Source of the DNA: a virus
Taxonomy: Duplodnaviria > Caudoviricetes
Reading direction: 5' to 3' (one strand)
Length of the DNA: 64,000 nt
Virus record (IMG/VR): IMGVR_UViG_3300033069_000781
Coordinates: 55,053-119,052 of that record
Under the pieces are notes generated by a model, which was not told the origin of the DNA, did not search any database, and was given only the letters and a program-made list of their open reading frames with translations. Position 1 is the stretch's first letter; every line of letters starts with the position of its first letter. The position numbers and the translations under genes are program-made. This document shows positions 40,532 through 50,107 of this stretch, piece by piece.

Positions 40532-40921
40532 ATGTGTATACATACAATAACTGGTGTAATCGACTGGAATAATAAAGATCAAAAGGAGGGTTGGTGGAGA
40601 ATCAAATTAGACCCCGGTATATCCTACTATTATAAATGGTTATATGGTAGGGCTTATAAGTCATGGGATTTACCCATGAATGGGGTTCATTGTACTTTTA
40701 TTCGCGGCGAGTGGGAGCCACGGATAATTACCCCTAGTGATTTAAGGGGATACTTGGATGTTGTATTTGAGCTTGAGTATGAGCTACCCATACTGACACA
40801 TGGAAGATCTTTCTGGATGAACTGTAAATCTCGGGATTTAGATTATGTAAGAAAGGACTTAGGACTGGATATCTATAAGTGTTCTTATCACATTACACTC
40901 GGAACAAACAAAAGGAATTAA
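40532..40921 (+). CDS. 2H phosphoesterase-like protein
   Basis: two HxT motifs (VHCTF, YHITL) about 66 aa apart. Confidence 0.55.
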   Translation: MCIHTITGVIDWNNKDQKEGWWRIKLDPGISYYYKWLYGRAYKSWDLPMNGVHCTFIRGEWEPRIITPSDLRGYLDVVFELEYELPILTHGRSFWMNCKSRDLDYVRKDLGLDIYKCSYHITLGTNKRN

Positions 40922-41232
40922 AGATGCAAGCTACATTGTGGCTTATTAACTCTGTGCTATGGTTACTTGTAATGTTCTTTATGTATCGTGACAGACTTGC
41001 AGCTAATGCTAAGCTATATAAACTTCGATACATAGACTACGGCCAGATTACATTCTATGATGAGTCTAATCTGACTATACCCACTAGGACAGAGTTTAAG
41101 CTCTATTGTCAAATAATCGAAGATGATAAACCTGTTCGTATGGTCTACAAGATATTCCGTCACTCACATCCTTTCTACCATAAAGATGTGAGAGAATTCT
41201 ACAGTACCCTTAAGGGTTGGCATTTTATTTAG
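40879..41232 (+). CDS. membrane-anchored hypothetical protein (likely start ATG 40923)
   Basis: SD; N-terminal TM helix. Confidence 0.55.
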   Translation: MFLSHYTRNKQKELKMQATLWLINSVLWLLVMFFMYRDRLAANAKLYKLRYIDYGQITFYDESNLTIPTRTEFKLYCQIIEDDKPVRMVYKIFRHSHPFYHKDVREFYSTLKGWHFI

Positions 41233-41441
41233 ATATGCATATAGAGCTGATTAATTCCCGTAGTGGAGTGCCCTACACAGGATTAGAACTAGAAGCTAAT
41301 CATAGGACTAGAATAGACAGACTAGTAGAGAAGCTCAAAGCGGAGTCCTCCATAGAGATATGGCAGGAATTATCCGATGAACTATATCTGTATAGAGCTC
41401 TCTATGGTAACAGCTATACCCCAAAGATAAAGGAACCTTAG
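41217..41441 (+). CDS. small hypothetical protein
   Basis: ORF in operon. Confidence 0.45.
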   Translation: MAFYLDMHIELINSRSGVPYTGLELEANHRTRIDRLVEKLKAESSIEIWQELSDELYLYRALYGNSYTPKIKEP

Positions 41442-41642
41442 ATGTTACAGCACTATGCTATGGGATATCTAATAATTGGAATGATCTATGCGTTGGTCGT
41501 ATGTTTATTCTTTGACTCATTCTATAGCAATCCAACAAATTATTTTCGTAAATCCATATTCCTAGTGGTGGCATGTATAGTTGTAACCTTTCTTTGGTTA
41601 CCCCTGTTCTCTATCGTGATTGTTAGGTCGAGATTTCTATGA
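41442..41642 (+). CDS. small two-TM membrane protein
   Basis: SD; hydrophobic; W-P motif. Confidence 0.6.
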   Translation: MLQHYAMGYLIIGMIYALVVCLFFDSFYSNPTNYFRKSIFLVVACIVVTFLWLPLFSIVIVRSRFL

Positions 41643-42157
41643 ATAATGAATTCCCTGCAAGTAATATAACCCTAAAAATGACTGGTCCTGCTCTATCAGC
41701 ACTGTTAGCTGCAGATCCCACTCTATCTATACAAATGGGCCAACAGGTCTGTGAGCAGTTCGCTAAGCGTTATCTGCAATCTATAGATAACCAACCTGTA
41801 TTCGCTACACTTAAAAAAGATATAGCCCTAGAGCTTAACAAAGTAGTCGAATCTATAGTAGGTACATTGAAATTTGGTTATTACGGTAATCCGACGAATC
41901 CAGAATCAATATCAATTAAACCTGAACTATTAGCTTTAGCTAAGGCACAACTTGAAGTGGCCTGCAAGACTAAGGTTCAGGAAATGGTTGACTCTGCAAT
42001 CAAGAATGTAATCGATAACAAACTCAAAGCTCTGGTTGATTACTATGTAGAGCAGAGAGTCACTGAAGAAATAAGATCCAGAGTTAAAACCAAAGTAGAG
42101 GCTATTCTCAAGGATGTGATGAATGGTAAGTTAGATGAGGTAATTAAGACTAAGTAA
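41639..42157 (+). CDS. hypothetical helical protein
   Basis: 172-aa ORF; ATGA coupling. Confidence 0.65.
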   Translation: MNNEFPASNITLKMTGPALSALLAADPTLSIQMGQQVCEQFAKRYLQSIDNQPVFATLKKDIALELNKVVESIVGTLKFGYYGNPTNPESISIKPELLALAKAQLEVACKTKVQEMVDSAIKNVIDNKLKALVDYYVEQRVTEEIRSRVKTKVEAILKDVMNGKLDEVIKTK

Positions 42158-42159
42158 AT

Positions 42160-42630
42160 ATGGATATAAGAAATAAGGAACCTGTTCGTAAGCATAAACA
42201 TATGACTGCTTCTAAGATCATTTGTGTAGATTTTGATGGGACCATAGCTAAACATAAATATCCCGATATAGGTGAAGAGGTACCTGGGGCCATAGCCATA
42301 ATAAAATCTTTGCAGCAAAAAGGTCACAGAATCATTCTATACACAATGAGACATGATTCCTCTAAAGAAGGCCCAATGCTTAGTAATGCAATTGAGTGGT
42401 GTAAGCAGAGGGGTCTAGAGTTCTGGGGTCATAATCATAATCCCGAGCAAAAGGACTGGTCATTATCCCCTAAGGTGTACGGCAATATCTATATTGATGA
42501 TGCCGCTCTGGGCTGTCCTCTATTCTATAGTCTAGAACTGGGCGAGAGACCTTGGGTGGATTGGTCCGGTATATTCGACTTACTGGCTGAAAAAGGCTAC
42601 TTCGATGAAGAAGAATACAAGGGTCAATAA
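42160..42630 (+). CDS. HAD-superfamily phosphatase (BT0820-like)
   Basis: VDFDGTI, LYTMR, SPKVY..IYIDD. Confidence 0.85.
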   Translation: MDIRNKEPVRKHKHMTASKIICVDFDGTIAKHKYPDIGEEVPGAIAIIKSLQQKGHRIILYTMRHDSSKEGPMLSNAIEWCKQRGLEFWGHNHNPEQKDWSLSPKVYGNIYIDDAALGCPLFYSLELGERPWVDWSGIFDLLAEKGYFDEEEYKGQ

Positions 42631-43470
42631 ATGAAGTTACTGATTAATGGTATTGATTGTTACGAATCTGAGCAATTCAAATATCCCGGCGGTGAATTAA
42701 ATATTCATTTCCCTGGCCTAGGTCTATCTAGCAGACCCCCTACATCGTGCTGGCTTATTGCTAATCTACAGTCCTCTGACGATATCTTAGCCATGATGTT
42801 AGCTAAGGATATTATGGATAGACATACATGGACTGAGAATAAATACCTAAGAATACCGTATCTACCCTACGCTAGACAAGATAGAGCTCAGGATACATCA
42901 GCGTTTTCATTGAAGGTAATGGCTAATCTTATCAATTCAATGAACTTCAAAAAAGTAACTACTTATGATGTTCATAGCAATGTCTCAGCGGCTCTTATTA
43001 ACAACATTGAGAATATATCACTAGAAGCTATAGCCTCCAATCATGGATCGCTTAGATCTGATATAGATAAATATAACTATACCTTGGTTAGCCCTGATGC
43101 TGGTGCTGAGAAGAAGGTAGCTGCCTTAGCTAGAGTATTAGCCGTACCTTACATTACGGCCTACAAGACCAGAGATGAAACTACTGGTAAGCTCACTAAT
43201 CCTATCGTATTACAGGATAAGGTACCGGAATGCGTCTGCATCATAGATGATATTTGTGACGGCGGTAGAACTTTCCTTAACCTCGCCAAAGTACTTAGAG
43301 CAAAGGGCGCTAAGATAATTGGGTTATATGTTACCCATGGAATCTTCTCTCAGGGCCTAGGCGTCTTTGATGGCGAGATCGATATCATATATACCACTGA
43401 TACCTATAAGTCAGAGGTCTCCAAGGATGCACCTTCAAATCTATTCATTAAACATATAACGGGACTATAG
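42631..43470 (+). CDS. prs: PRPP-synthetase-like protein (Adps-like, NARP1)
   Basis: YPGGE, PYLPYARQDR, DVHS, SPDAGA, IIDDICDGGRTF, VTHGIFS. Confidence 0.9.
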   Translation: MKLLINGIDCYESEQFKYPGGELNIHFPGLGLSSRPPTSCWLIANLQSSDDILAMMLAKDIMDRHTWTENKYLRIPYLPYARQDRAQDTSAFSLKVMANLINSMNFKKVTTYDVHSNVSAALINNIENISLEAIASNHGSLRSDIDKYNYTLVSPDAGAEKKVAALARVLAVPYITAYKTRDETTGKLTNPIVLQDKVPECVCIIDDICDGGRTFLNLAKVLRAKGAKIIGLYVTHGIFSQGLGVFDGEIDIIYTTDTYKSEVSKDAPSNLFIKHITGL

Positions 43471-43472
43471 TA

Positions 43473-43943
43473 ATGAGTAAACATAGAGATGAATTAACAG
43501 TACTACCAAACTTAGATAATTTAGAAATAATGGCTAAGTTTCTAAGAGATCTAGAACCTGAGAAATTTGATTTCAGGCATATAGTCACTGAACACAAACT
43601 TAGTCCTAGCCTATGCGGAACTAAGTGTTGTGCCATAGGTTGGATGCCTGCGATATGGCCCGATCAATTCATGTGGTATAACTTGGATCGTAAAAATATT
43701 GACCCATTGGGTACATTAGTTAGACGCAGAGATGATCCTGATGGGGATAGTACTAGACTTTTCAATTTCAATCTAGCTGAAGCCTTCTTCGGCATATCTG
43801 AATCACAAAGTGATAGCTTCTTCATGCCTCACGCTAAGGATGCCAAATCTATCACTCCTATAGAATTAGCAGAACAAATTGAAAGCTTCATCGCAGAGTA
43901 CTCTTCTAAGGAACAGACCGTAAATGCTTCTACTTTGGTATAA
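43473..43943 (+). CDS. hypothetical protein with CGTKCCAIGW motif
   Basis: 156-aa ORF; AEAFFGIS; distant resemblance to the CCLGV family. Confidence 0.65.
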   Translation: MSKHRDELTVLPNLDNLEIMAKFLRDLEPEKFDFRHIVTEHKLSPSLCGTKCCAIGWMPAIWPDQFMWYNLDRKNIDPLGTLVRRRDDPDGDSTRLFNFNLAEAFFGISESQSDSFFMPHAKDAKSITPIELAEQIESFIAEYSSKEQTVNASTLV

Positions 43944-44655
43944 AATCCCAACCTAATTCTTTGAATGTTTTACCAACATTATCAGGGCTTATATCCTTGA
44001 GTGAATTGAATGCTTTGGGAGTTAGTGGGACTTGATTCTCTTTACATCTCTTAATTACCGTAGTGGAGTGCAAGGAATGAGCATTGGCTGCCTGATAAGA
44101 GGATGAGAATATACCTAGAGGTGTTACGTAGTTTCCTTTGTATTGCCCGTTATTCTCTGGGTGTTTAAGTTTAGTTTCTTTGATTTTGTTTTTGGTATCC
44201 TCGGACCTTGGGATCTCAAATAAAGGACTAAGTTTACCTACTTTACCCCTCCTAGGATTTCTATCCGATAACATATATCTTCTTGCCGTATCTATCTGGT
44301 GTTGACTTATCTTTTTGCCTTTATGTCTTTTTGAGTTAACTGTAGCGAAATTTAGTTTTGCCTTGCTATATAGTCCGGAGGTAACTTTATATTTCCTGAT
44401 TACATCACCAGTTAACTGATTACACATAGCCCAGAAAGCAAACTTAAGTTTATTGTTATCTGGGTATAGATGTGTGAGCAGCCTATGGCATATGAAGTGC
44501 TCTCTAGCTGTAAGTAGAACTAGGTTATCCTTATGGTTAGACCCACCCACGCACTTTGGGATTATGTGGTGCTTCTCAAAGTACCCTAGTTTTTTAGATC
44601 TATTTGAGCTATTGGCTCTATTAACTATAGCATTATATATACCTAAATGATCCAT
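43930..44655 (-). CDS. HNH homing endonuclease with NUMOD3-like repeats
   Basis: EKHHIIPKCVGGSN..NLV.LTAREHFICH; HKGKKIS and RSEDTKNKI motifs; the only convincing minus-strand gene. Confidence 0.9.
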   Translation of the reverse strand: MDHLGIYNAIVNRANSSNRSKKLGYFEKHHIIPKCVGGSNHKDNLVLLTAREHFICHRLLTHLYPDNNKLKFAFWAMCNQLTGDVIRKYKVTSGLYSKAKLNFATVNSKRHKGKKISQHQIDTARRYMLSDRNPRRGKVGKLSPLFEIPRSEDTKNKIKETKLKHPENNGQYKGNYVTPLGIFSSSYQAANAHSLHSTTVIKRCKENQVPLTPKAFNSLKDISPDNVGKTFKELGWDFIPK

Positions 44656-44711
44656 ATTGATATTGTAGCGGTTATGTAGTTGTTAAGAAAACAAATTAGA
44701 CTGAGAGATTC

Positions 44712-46211
44712 ATGCTAAACATTGCTCCAACCCTTTGTATAGATTTCTATAAAACTGGTCATATCGATATGTACCCAGAAGGTACAGAACTAGTATTGGC
44801 CAATATGACTGCTAGGTTTAACAAACTATCAAGTATTCGTAATTGCCCCATACTAGAGGATGCCACTATATTCAGCGGTCTGCAGCTCTTTATCAAATCA
44901 TTCCTAATGGAATCGTTTGATAGAAACTTCTTTGATCTCCCATTGGATAAGGTGCTTAAGACCTATAAGAGAAGAATGGATACTTCTCTTGGCAAGAATG
45001 CGGTCAGGACCGATCATATCCAGGCCCTGCATGAGTTGGGCTATTTACCTCTGATTATCAAAGCATTACCCGAGGGTACCTTAGTTCCAATTGGTGTGCC
45101 TTATTTTACGATAATGAATACCCATAAGGATTTCTATTGGTTGACTAATTACTTGGAGACGATAATGTCTGCAAGTATTTGGAAGGGTATAACTTCAGCT
45201 ACTACTGCCTTTGCATACAAATGGCTACTTACTGATGCGGCACGCAGTACGGGGGCTTCGTTAGATTTTGTTAAGTTTCAGGGACATGACTTCTCAATGC
45301 GTGGTATGAGTGGAATAGACGATGCCTGTATGAGTGGGTTTGGTCATTTGACCTCTTTTGTTGGTACCGACACTGTACCAGCAATTGACATAGCAGAGCA
45401 ATACTATAATGCTGATGCCGAGAAGGAGCTAGTTGGATGCTCAGTGCCGGCAAGCGAACACTCAACTCAATGCGCTGGCAGTAAGGAAGAGGAACTTGAG
45501 ACCTATCGCAGGTTGATTACTAAACTCTACCCGAGTGGAATAGTTAGTATCGTCTCTGATACATGGGACTTCTGGAGAGTACTTACAGAGTTCACGGTTA
45601 GTTTGAAACCTGAGATCATGGCTAGAAAGGGTAAGGTAGTCTTTAGGCCTGATAGTGGTGATCCCGTTGATATCTTGTGCGGTGATGCTTCCGCTCCAGT
45701 AGGTAGTCCTGCTTATAAGGGAGCCGTTGAATGTCTATGGGATATCTTTGGTGGAATCACTAATGATAAGGAATTCAAGGAACTTGATCCACATGTTGGG
45801 CTAATCTATGGTGACGCTATTACCTATGATAGAGCACTGAAGATTCTGTATAGATTAGCTAAAAAGGGTTTTGCTTCATCCAATGTAGTTTTTGGTATTG
45901 GGTCATATACCTATGAGTACTGCACCAGGGATACTCACGGTATAGCGGTCAAGAGTACCTATTGCGTTATCAACGGTAAACAAGTACCTATCTTCAAGGA
46001 TCCAGTTACAGATAAGGATAGTTTGAAGAAGTCCGCTGTTGGTATGCTTAAGGTTATTAGAGATAGCAATGGTGATTTAACTCTGATTCAAAATTGCCAA
46101 GTAGACATGAATTTCAGCGACGATCTGCTTGAAGTAGTATTTGAGAACGGTATGCTCAAGAGAGACCACACCCTCGCCGAGATTCGTGAGAGAATCGATG
46201 GTTACCTTTGA
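44712..46211 (+). CDS. nadV: nicotinamide phosphoribosyltransferase-like protein (Namat/NadV)
   Basis: DFYK.GH, HDFSMRG, SF.GTD, PASEHS, SIVSDTWD, RPDSGDP, LIYGD, FGIGS, KDP.TD. Confidence 0.93.
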   Translation: MLNIAPTLCIDFYKTGHIDMYPEGTELVLANMTARFNKLSSIRNCPILEDATIFSGLQLFIKSFLMESFDRNFFDLPLDKVLKTYKRRMDTSLGKNAVRTDHIQALHELGYLPLIIKALPEGTLVPIGVPYFTIMNTHKDFYWLTNYLETIMSASIWKGITSATTAFAYKWLLTDAARSTGASLDFVKFQGHDFSMRGMSGIDDACMSGFGHLTSFVGTDTVPAIDIAEQYYNADAEKELVGCSVPASEHSTQCAGSKEEELETYRRLITKLYPSGIVSIVSDTWDFWRVLTEFTVSLKPEIMARKGKVVFRPDSGDPVDILCGDASAPVGSPAYKGAVECLWDIFGGITNDKEFKELDPHVGLIYGDAITYDRALKILYRLAKKGFASSNVVFGIGSYTYEYCTRDTHGIAVKSTYCVINGKQVPIFKDPVTDKDSLKKSAVGMLKVIRDSNGDLTLIQNCQVDMNFSDDLLEVVFENGMLKRDHTLAEIRERIDGYL

Positions 46212-46327
46212 GCTTATGGGAATTTCTATATCAAGCCTCATTCTGGCAATGGCTTGGGATATTATTGTTAGCCGCTGTAATTTTCGGTGGGGCTAGTCGC
46301 ATAATAGAGGAGTGGAGAAAGCAATGA
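46208..46327 (+). CDS. 39-aa membrane peptide (not in ORF track), paralog of the next gene
   Basis: TTG overlapping the nadV stop; MSLWEFLYQASFWQWLGILLLAAVIFGG. Confidence 0.55.
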   Translation: MSLWEFLYQASFWQWLGILLLAAVIFGGASRIIEEWRKQ

Positions 46328-46515
46328 ACTTTTGGGAATTCCTCAGTAGTCTAGGTTGTTGTGGTTGGATGGGCCTGATTATTGTGGTTATTCTCATATT
46401 GGGCTCGCTACGTTTTGTATTACCTATGACCCTAATCATAATAGTAGCTGGAGTTGCCGCTATTATGGGGTTAATAGCAAGTCCTTTCATGTATATCAGA
46501 AAGAAGTTTAAATGA
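46324..46515 (+). CDS. small membrane protein
   Basis: MNFWEFLSSLGCCGWMGLII; GGAG SD. Confidence 0.6.
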   Translation: MNFWEFLSSLGCCGWMGLIIVVILILGSLRFVLPMTLIIIVAGVAAIMGLIASPFMYIRKKFK

Positions 46516-46766
46516 GTAAATTCGCAACGATAGCCGCACTATCTGCAATTGCCATGATGGGTAACTCAGATATTGGGCCATATGAGCTTAACTATAGAGA
46601 TGATCAGCTCAGGCGTAAATCACGTACTGATGATTTAGAAGATTACATCCCGCCCATGCCTAACTTGAGTATGGGTAGGCCCAAGAGTAATTGGGATGGT
46701 GTAGTCTTGGAAAAGCTTACCCGTCAGCAAAAAAGATTCTTGGCCCGTAAACAAATGCCTAAATAA
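46512..46766 (+). CDS. small hypothetical protein
   Basis: ORF in operon. Confidence 0.55.
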   Translation: MSKFATIAALSAIAMMGNSDIGPYELNYRDDQLRRKSRTDDLEDYIPPMPNLSMGRPKSNWDGVVLEKLTRQQKRFLARKQMPK

Positions 46767-46775
46767 AGGAGCAGT

Positions 46776-47153
46776 ATGGCTATACGAATGAGGGCAATCC
46801 CTCGTAAATTGACAGTTCAATACGATCTATTTGATTTGAATACCAACAGGGATAAGAATGTTACAGTGATGACCCCTGCTGGTCCTGTTCGATTCTGGGA
46901 TAATCTATTCCACGTAAAGGCCCCTAGGAAGGGCCCCAGGAATAGATTCGTTAGTTCCTATGAAAGATCTAGGCCTCGTAAGTTCGAGACCTCAACAAAA
47001 ATCATTAGGGCCTTAAATGGAGTGATTAAGGCCTGTGCTATAGCAGCACAAGATGGAGTACCTGAGTCCTGTATACCAGTGGCTTACATAGCCCAGGATA
47101 TGTTGCGTAAGACATTTAAGGTGGGTTTAGACGTGGTTCCAGTACAGGGATAA
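46776..47153 (+). CDS. hypothetical basic protein
   Basis: AAGGAG SD. Confidence 0.6.
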   Translation: MAIRMRAIPRKLTVQYDLFDLNTNRDKNVTVMTPAGPVRFWDNLFHVKAPRKGPRNRFVSSYERSRPRKFETSTKIIRALNGVIKACAIAAQDGVPESCIPVAYIAQDMLRKTFKVGLDVVPVQG

Positions 47154-47165
47154 TATGCAATTAAC

Positions 47166-47199
47166 GGATCAAGCCCTGGCAGGGACTTGATCCGCTTTT
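47166..47199 (+). terminator. intrinsic terminator
   Basis: CGGATCAAG-CCCTG/CAGGG-ACTTGATCCG then CTTTT. Confidence 0.6.
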
Positions 47200-47236
47200 G
47201 TTAATCCTTTCAATTTGTTTCAATAAGGAGACCTAT

Positions 47237-47434
47237 ATGTTTTTTACCCGAGATAGTAATAGAAGAAGTAGCAGCTCTATCAGAAATAATGTAGGTAGAG
47301 CTGTTAGTAGTTCTAACCAAATGAGCAATAGACAAGTCAGGTTATCTACTAAATCCCATGCCCCCATAACCAATAATGAGATGAAGCGGTTACTCGATAA
47401 GTGGTTTAACTTAAATCTGGAGCCTCATGGATGA
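47237..47434 (+). CDS. small hypothetical protein
   Basis: AAGGAG SD before ATG 47237. Confidence 0.5.
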   Translation: MFFTRDSNRRSSSSIRNNVGRAVSSSNQMSNRQVRLSTKSHAPITNNEMKRLLDKWFNLNLEPHG

Positions 47435-48519
47435 GTATAGACTATAAGCCGGGCGATGTTGTTAGATTGATTAACTCCGTATGCACCAAGATTAAGTCCT
47501 TGGTTGGAACAGATAGACGCTTAATAATTGCTTGTTCAGGGGGAGCCGACTCAATGGCTCTCCTCCATTGCGCAGAGTTCTTAGAGGGGTTTGATATAGC
47601 GGTGTGCCATGTAACCTACCCTATTAGACCTATAAAAGAATCCTTGCAAGCCCTAGGAGCTGTGGAAGAGGTCTGTAAGGAGATGGGTTACAAATTATTC
47701 CACAAAGATATTCCAGTACTAGATAGTAGTGATTCCAGGAATATCGAGAATCTGTGTAGACAGATCAGATACGAGTTCTTTGAAGAGACCTCAACTGTCT
47801 GGGACACTGAATTTGTGGCCACAGCGCATAGTAGTAATGATCAGCTAGAGACATTACTGATGCGAATCTGTAGGGGTACCGGAGTCAAGGGTCTAACTGG
47901 GATTGCTGAAAAGAAAGTTAGCTCTCAGGAGGACTCAACCTGTACCTTTATTAGACCAATGCTTAGCCTCTCCAAGAATGAGATTCTAACTATCTGTGAG
48001 GATAGAGCTTTAGCTTTTGTTGAAGATTCCACTAATAAGGATGAGACCTATACCCGTAATCTCATTAGGTCTAAGGTTATACCTGTATTGGAGAAGGTCT
48101 ATCCGGGATGTACTCAGAGGTCCCATGAGCTCTGTTTAATGTTTGCTGATATGGACAAGGAATTAGACGCCGAGGTCCATAGAGTTAGGTCTGCCATTGA
48201 TGCCCATGCTCCCGATGGGCAGACCTGGAGTAGGGGAGGTACACTAACCCTAGCTCATTGCCCACTAGATATACTGAGATATAAGAGCGATGTATTACTT
48301 CAGAGACTACTTAGCTCACTATACTCAGATATGACTAATGGAACCGATCTTGATAAAATAAATAGACATATGTATAGATTAGCCATTAATTCAATCAAAT
48401 CCCCCAGGGATAGCTATGAAAAGAATGCAGCTGTACATGAATGGCCTTCCAACATAGAGATCAGATTGTTTCGTAATCACTTCACAATGCGCAATTTAAA
48501 TCGAATTCCAAGTACTTAA
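47431..48519 (+). CDS. tilS: tRNA(Ile)-lysidine synthase
   Basis: ACSGGADSMAL, E..CR..RY, TAH...DQLETLLMR..RGTG..GL, IRPML, EDSTN...YTRN.IR. Confidence 0.92.
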   Translation: MSIDYKPGDVVRLINSVCTKIKSLVGTDRRLIIACSGGADSMALLHCAEFLEGFDIAVCHVTYPIRPIKESLQALGAVEEVCKEMGYKLFHKDIPVLDSSDSRNIENLCRQIRYEFFEETSTVWDTEFVATAHSSNDQLETLLMRICRGTGVKGLTGIAEKKVSSQEDSTCTFIRPMLSLSKNEILTICEDRALAFVEDSTNKDETYTRNLIRSKVIPVLEKVYPGCTQRSHELCLMFADMDKELDAEVHRVRSAIDAHAPDGQTWSRGGTLTLAHCPLDILRYKSDVLLQRLLSSLYSDMTNGTDLDKINRHMYRLAINSIKSPRDSYEKNAAVHEWPSNIEIRLFRNHFTMRNLNRIPST

Positions 48520-48532
48520 AGGAGTAATAGAG

Positions 48533-49246
48533 ATGGCACTGGATAACGAAGGTATGTCGGAGCTGGAGCGAGTAGTAGATATGTTCAGGGAGATAGGGTT
48601 TAATGTTCTATTGCTTACAGGAGAGAAAATCATCTCCGATGAGCAGGATAGATCTGAACTAGCCGATAAACCTGCAGCTAAAAAACCTCTGAAGCTAGTT
48701 AGGTCTAAGGCTCTAGCTACTATGGATAGAATACTGAAAGAAAGCAAACTTCATATTCTCTCTACAATCAAAGCTATTGATGCAATTGATGCTGTTTTGA
48801 TTGGTAAGGATACTGAGCTTAACTGTGTACCAGACTATCTAGCTGAGAGATTGCTAACCATTAAGAAGGTACTACTCCAGACCAGAGATGAGCTTAATGC
48901 CCAAGATCTCAGATTCCAGGATACTAAGGCCAAGATTCAAGCCATGAAGGAAGAGGAGTTAGAGCTTAATCACACCCCTAAACCTAAGACAGAAGCTAAA
49001 TTGAACTTAGACGGAGTAACCAATATCAACCAAGATTTTAGTGATGATATCGGAATTCCCCTCCCACCCCTCAAAGATAAATCAGCCACTGCATTGCCAG
49101 CAGCTTCTGGGGTGAGTCAAGGCGCACCTGCTGTAAGCTATACCACACTATTCGATGCAACAGGAAATATCGTAGGGGTGGTTGTGGTACATTTCAGCAG
49201 CCCCACTAGAGCAGTCATAGAGGTGGTTAAGAACCCGCTTGTTTAG
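48533..49246 (+). CDS. hypothetical protein
   Basis: AAAGGAG SD; 237 aa. Confidence 0.65.
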   Translation: MALDNEGMSELERVVDMFREIGFNVLLLTGEKIISDEQDRSELADKPAAKKPLKLVRSKALATMDRILKESKLHILSTIKAIDAIDAVLIGKDTELNCVPDYLAERLLTIKKVLLQTRDELNAQDLRFQDTKAKIQAMKEEELELNHTPKPKTEAKLNLDGVTNINQDFSDDIGIPLPPLKDKSATALPAASGVSQGAPAVSYTTLFDATGNIVGVVVVHFSSPTRAVIEVVKNPLV

Positions 49247-49262
49247 GGAACGTATAACTGAT

Positions 49263-49299
49263 AGGGCTATTGGGACTTAATTGTCCCAGTAGCTCTTTA
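49263..49299 (+). terminator. hairpin, probable terminator
   Basis: AGGGCTATTGGGAC-ttaatt-GTCCCAGTAGCTCT-TT. Confidence 0.55.
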
Positions 49300-50090
49300 T
49301 GGATATCTTAAGGACCGAAAGAAAGTTAAAGTTCTGCGCTATATCAGACCTACATGGTCAATTAGATTTCACTATTGATGACTGTGACTACTTACTTATA
49401 GCAGGCGATGTCTGTCCAGACTATGGCGATAAGGATCAATTAGAGACAGCTAAACGTCAATTGAGTTGGTTATGTAATAGTTTCGTAGACTGGGTCATAA
49501 AGCAACCCATTAGATATAAATGTCTATTAACTTGGGGTAATCATGATTTCGTAGGTCAACAGATCTCTAAGGCTTCTATTAATTATCTAATCAAAGGTTG
49601 TTCAGGTGACAAGATTGGAATACTTAATTGCGAGTCCTATAGTCATTATGAGGTAGATAGAAAATACGATTACTTAATGATTTATGGATATCCCTGGACT
49701 CCCGAGTACTATAATTGGGCATTTAATAGTCCAAAGCATATTGGTCAAATGTCAGATCTATATGAAATACCACAGCAAACTAGTATACTGCTTTCTCATG
49801 GCCCACCCATAGGTATGACTGGTATTACATATAAAGACGGTAGAGGAGTTCAATGTGGTAGTGATGATTTAACTAGATACCTAAGAGGATCATTAGTACC
49901 ATATGATTTACGATATGTGATCTGTGGGCATATACATAGTGGTCATGGCCAGGAAGATCTATTCAGGGATGGTAGAACAAAGGTCAGGAATGTTTCATTG
50001 CTAGATGAGACCTATAAGCTAACCCATCTACCCTATTACTTTCAAATGATCTGGGATGAACTAACAAAGAGCTGGGTACCTTGTCCGTAA
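49299..50090 (+). CDS. calcineurin-like metallophosphoesterase
   Basis: SDLHG, AGDV, GNHD, SHGPP, CGHIH. Confidence 0.9.
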   Translation: MDILRTERKLKFCAISDLHGQLDFTIDDCDYLLIAGDVCPDYGDKDQLETAKRQLSWLCNSFVDWVIKQPIRYKCLLTWGNHDFVGQQISKASINYLIKGCSGDKIGILNCESYSHYEVDRKYDYLMIYGYPWTPEYYNWAFNSPKHIGQMSDLYEIPQQTSILLSHGPPIGMTGITYKDGRGVQCGSDDLTRYLRGSLVPYDLRYVICGHIHSGHGQEDLFRDGRTKVRNVSLLDETYKLTHLPYYFQMIWDELTKSWVPCP

Positions 50091-50107
50091 CCCATAAATC
50101 GAATTAA

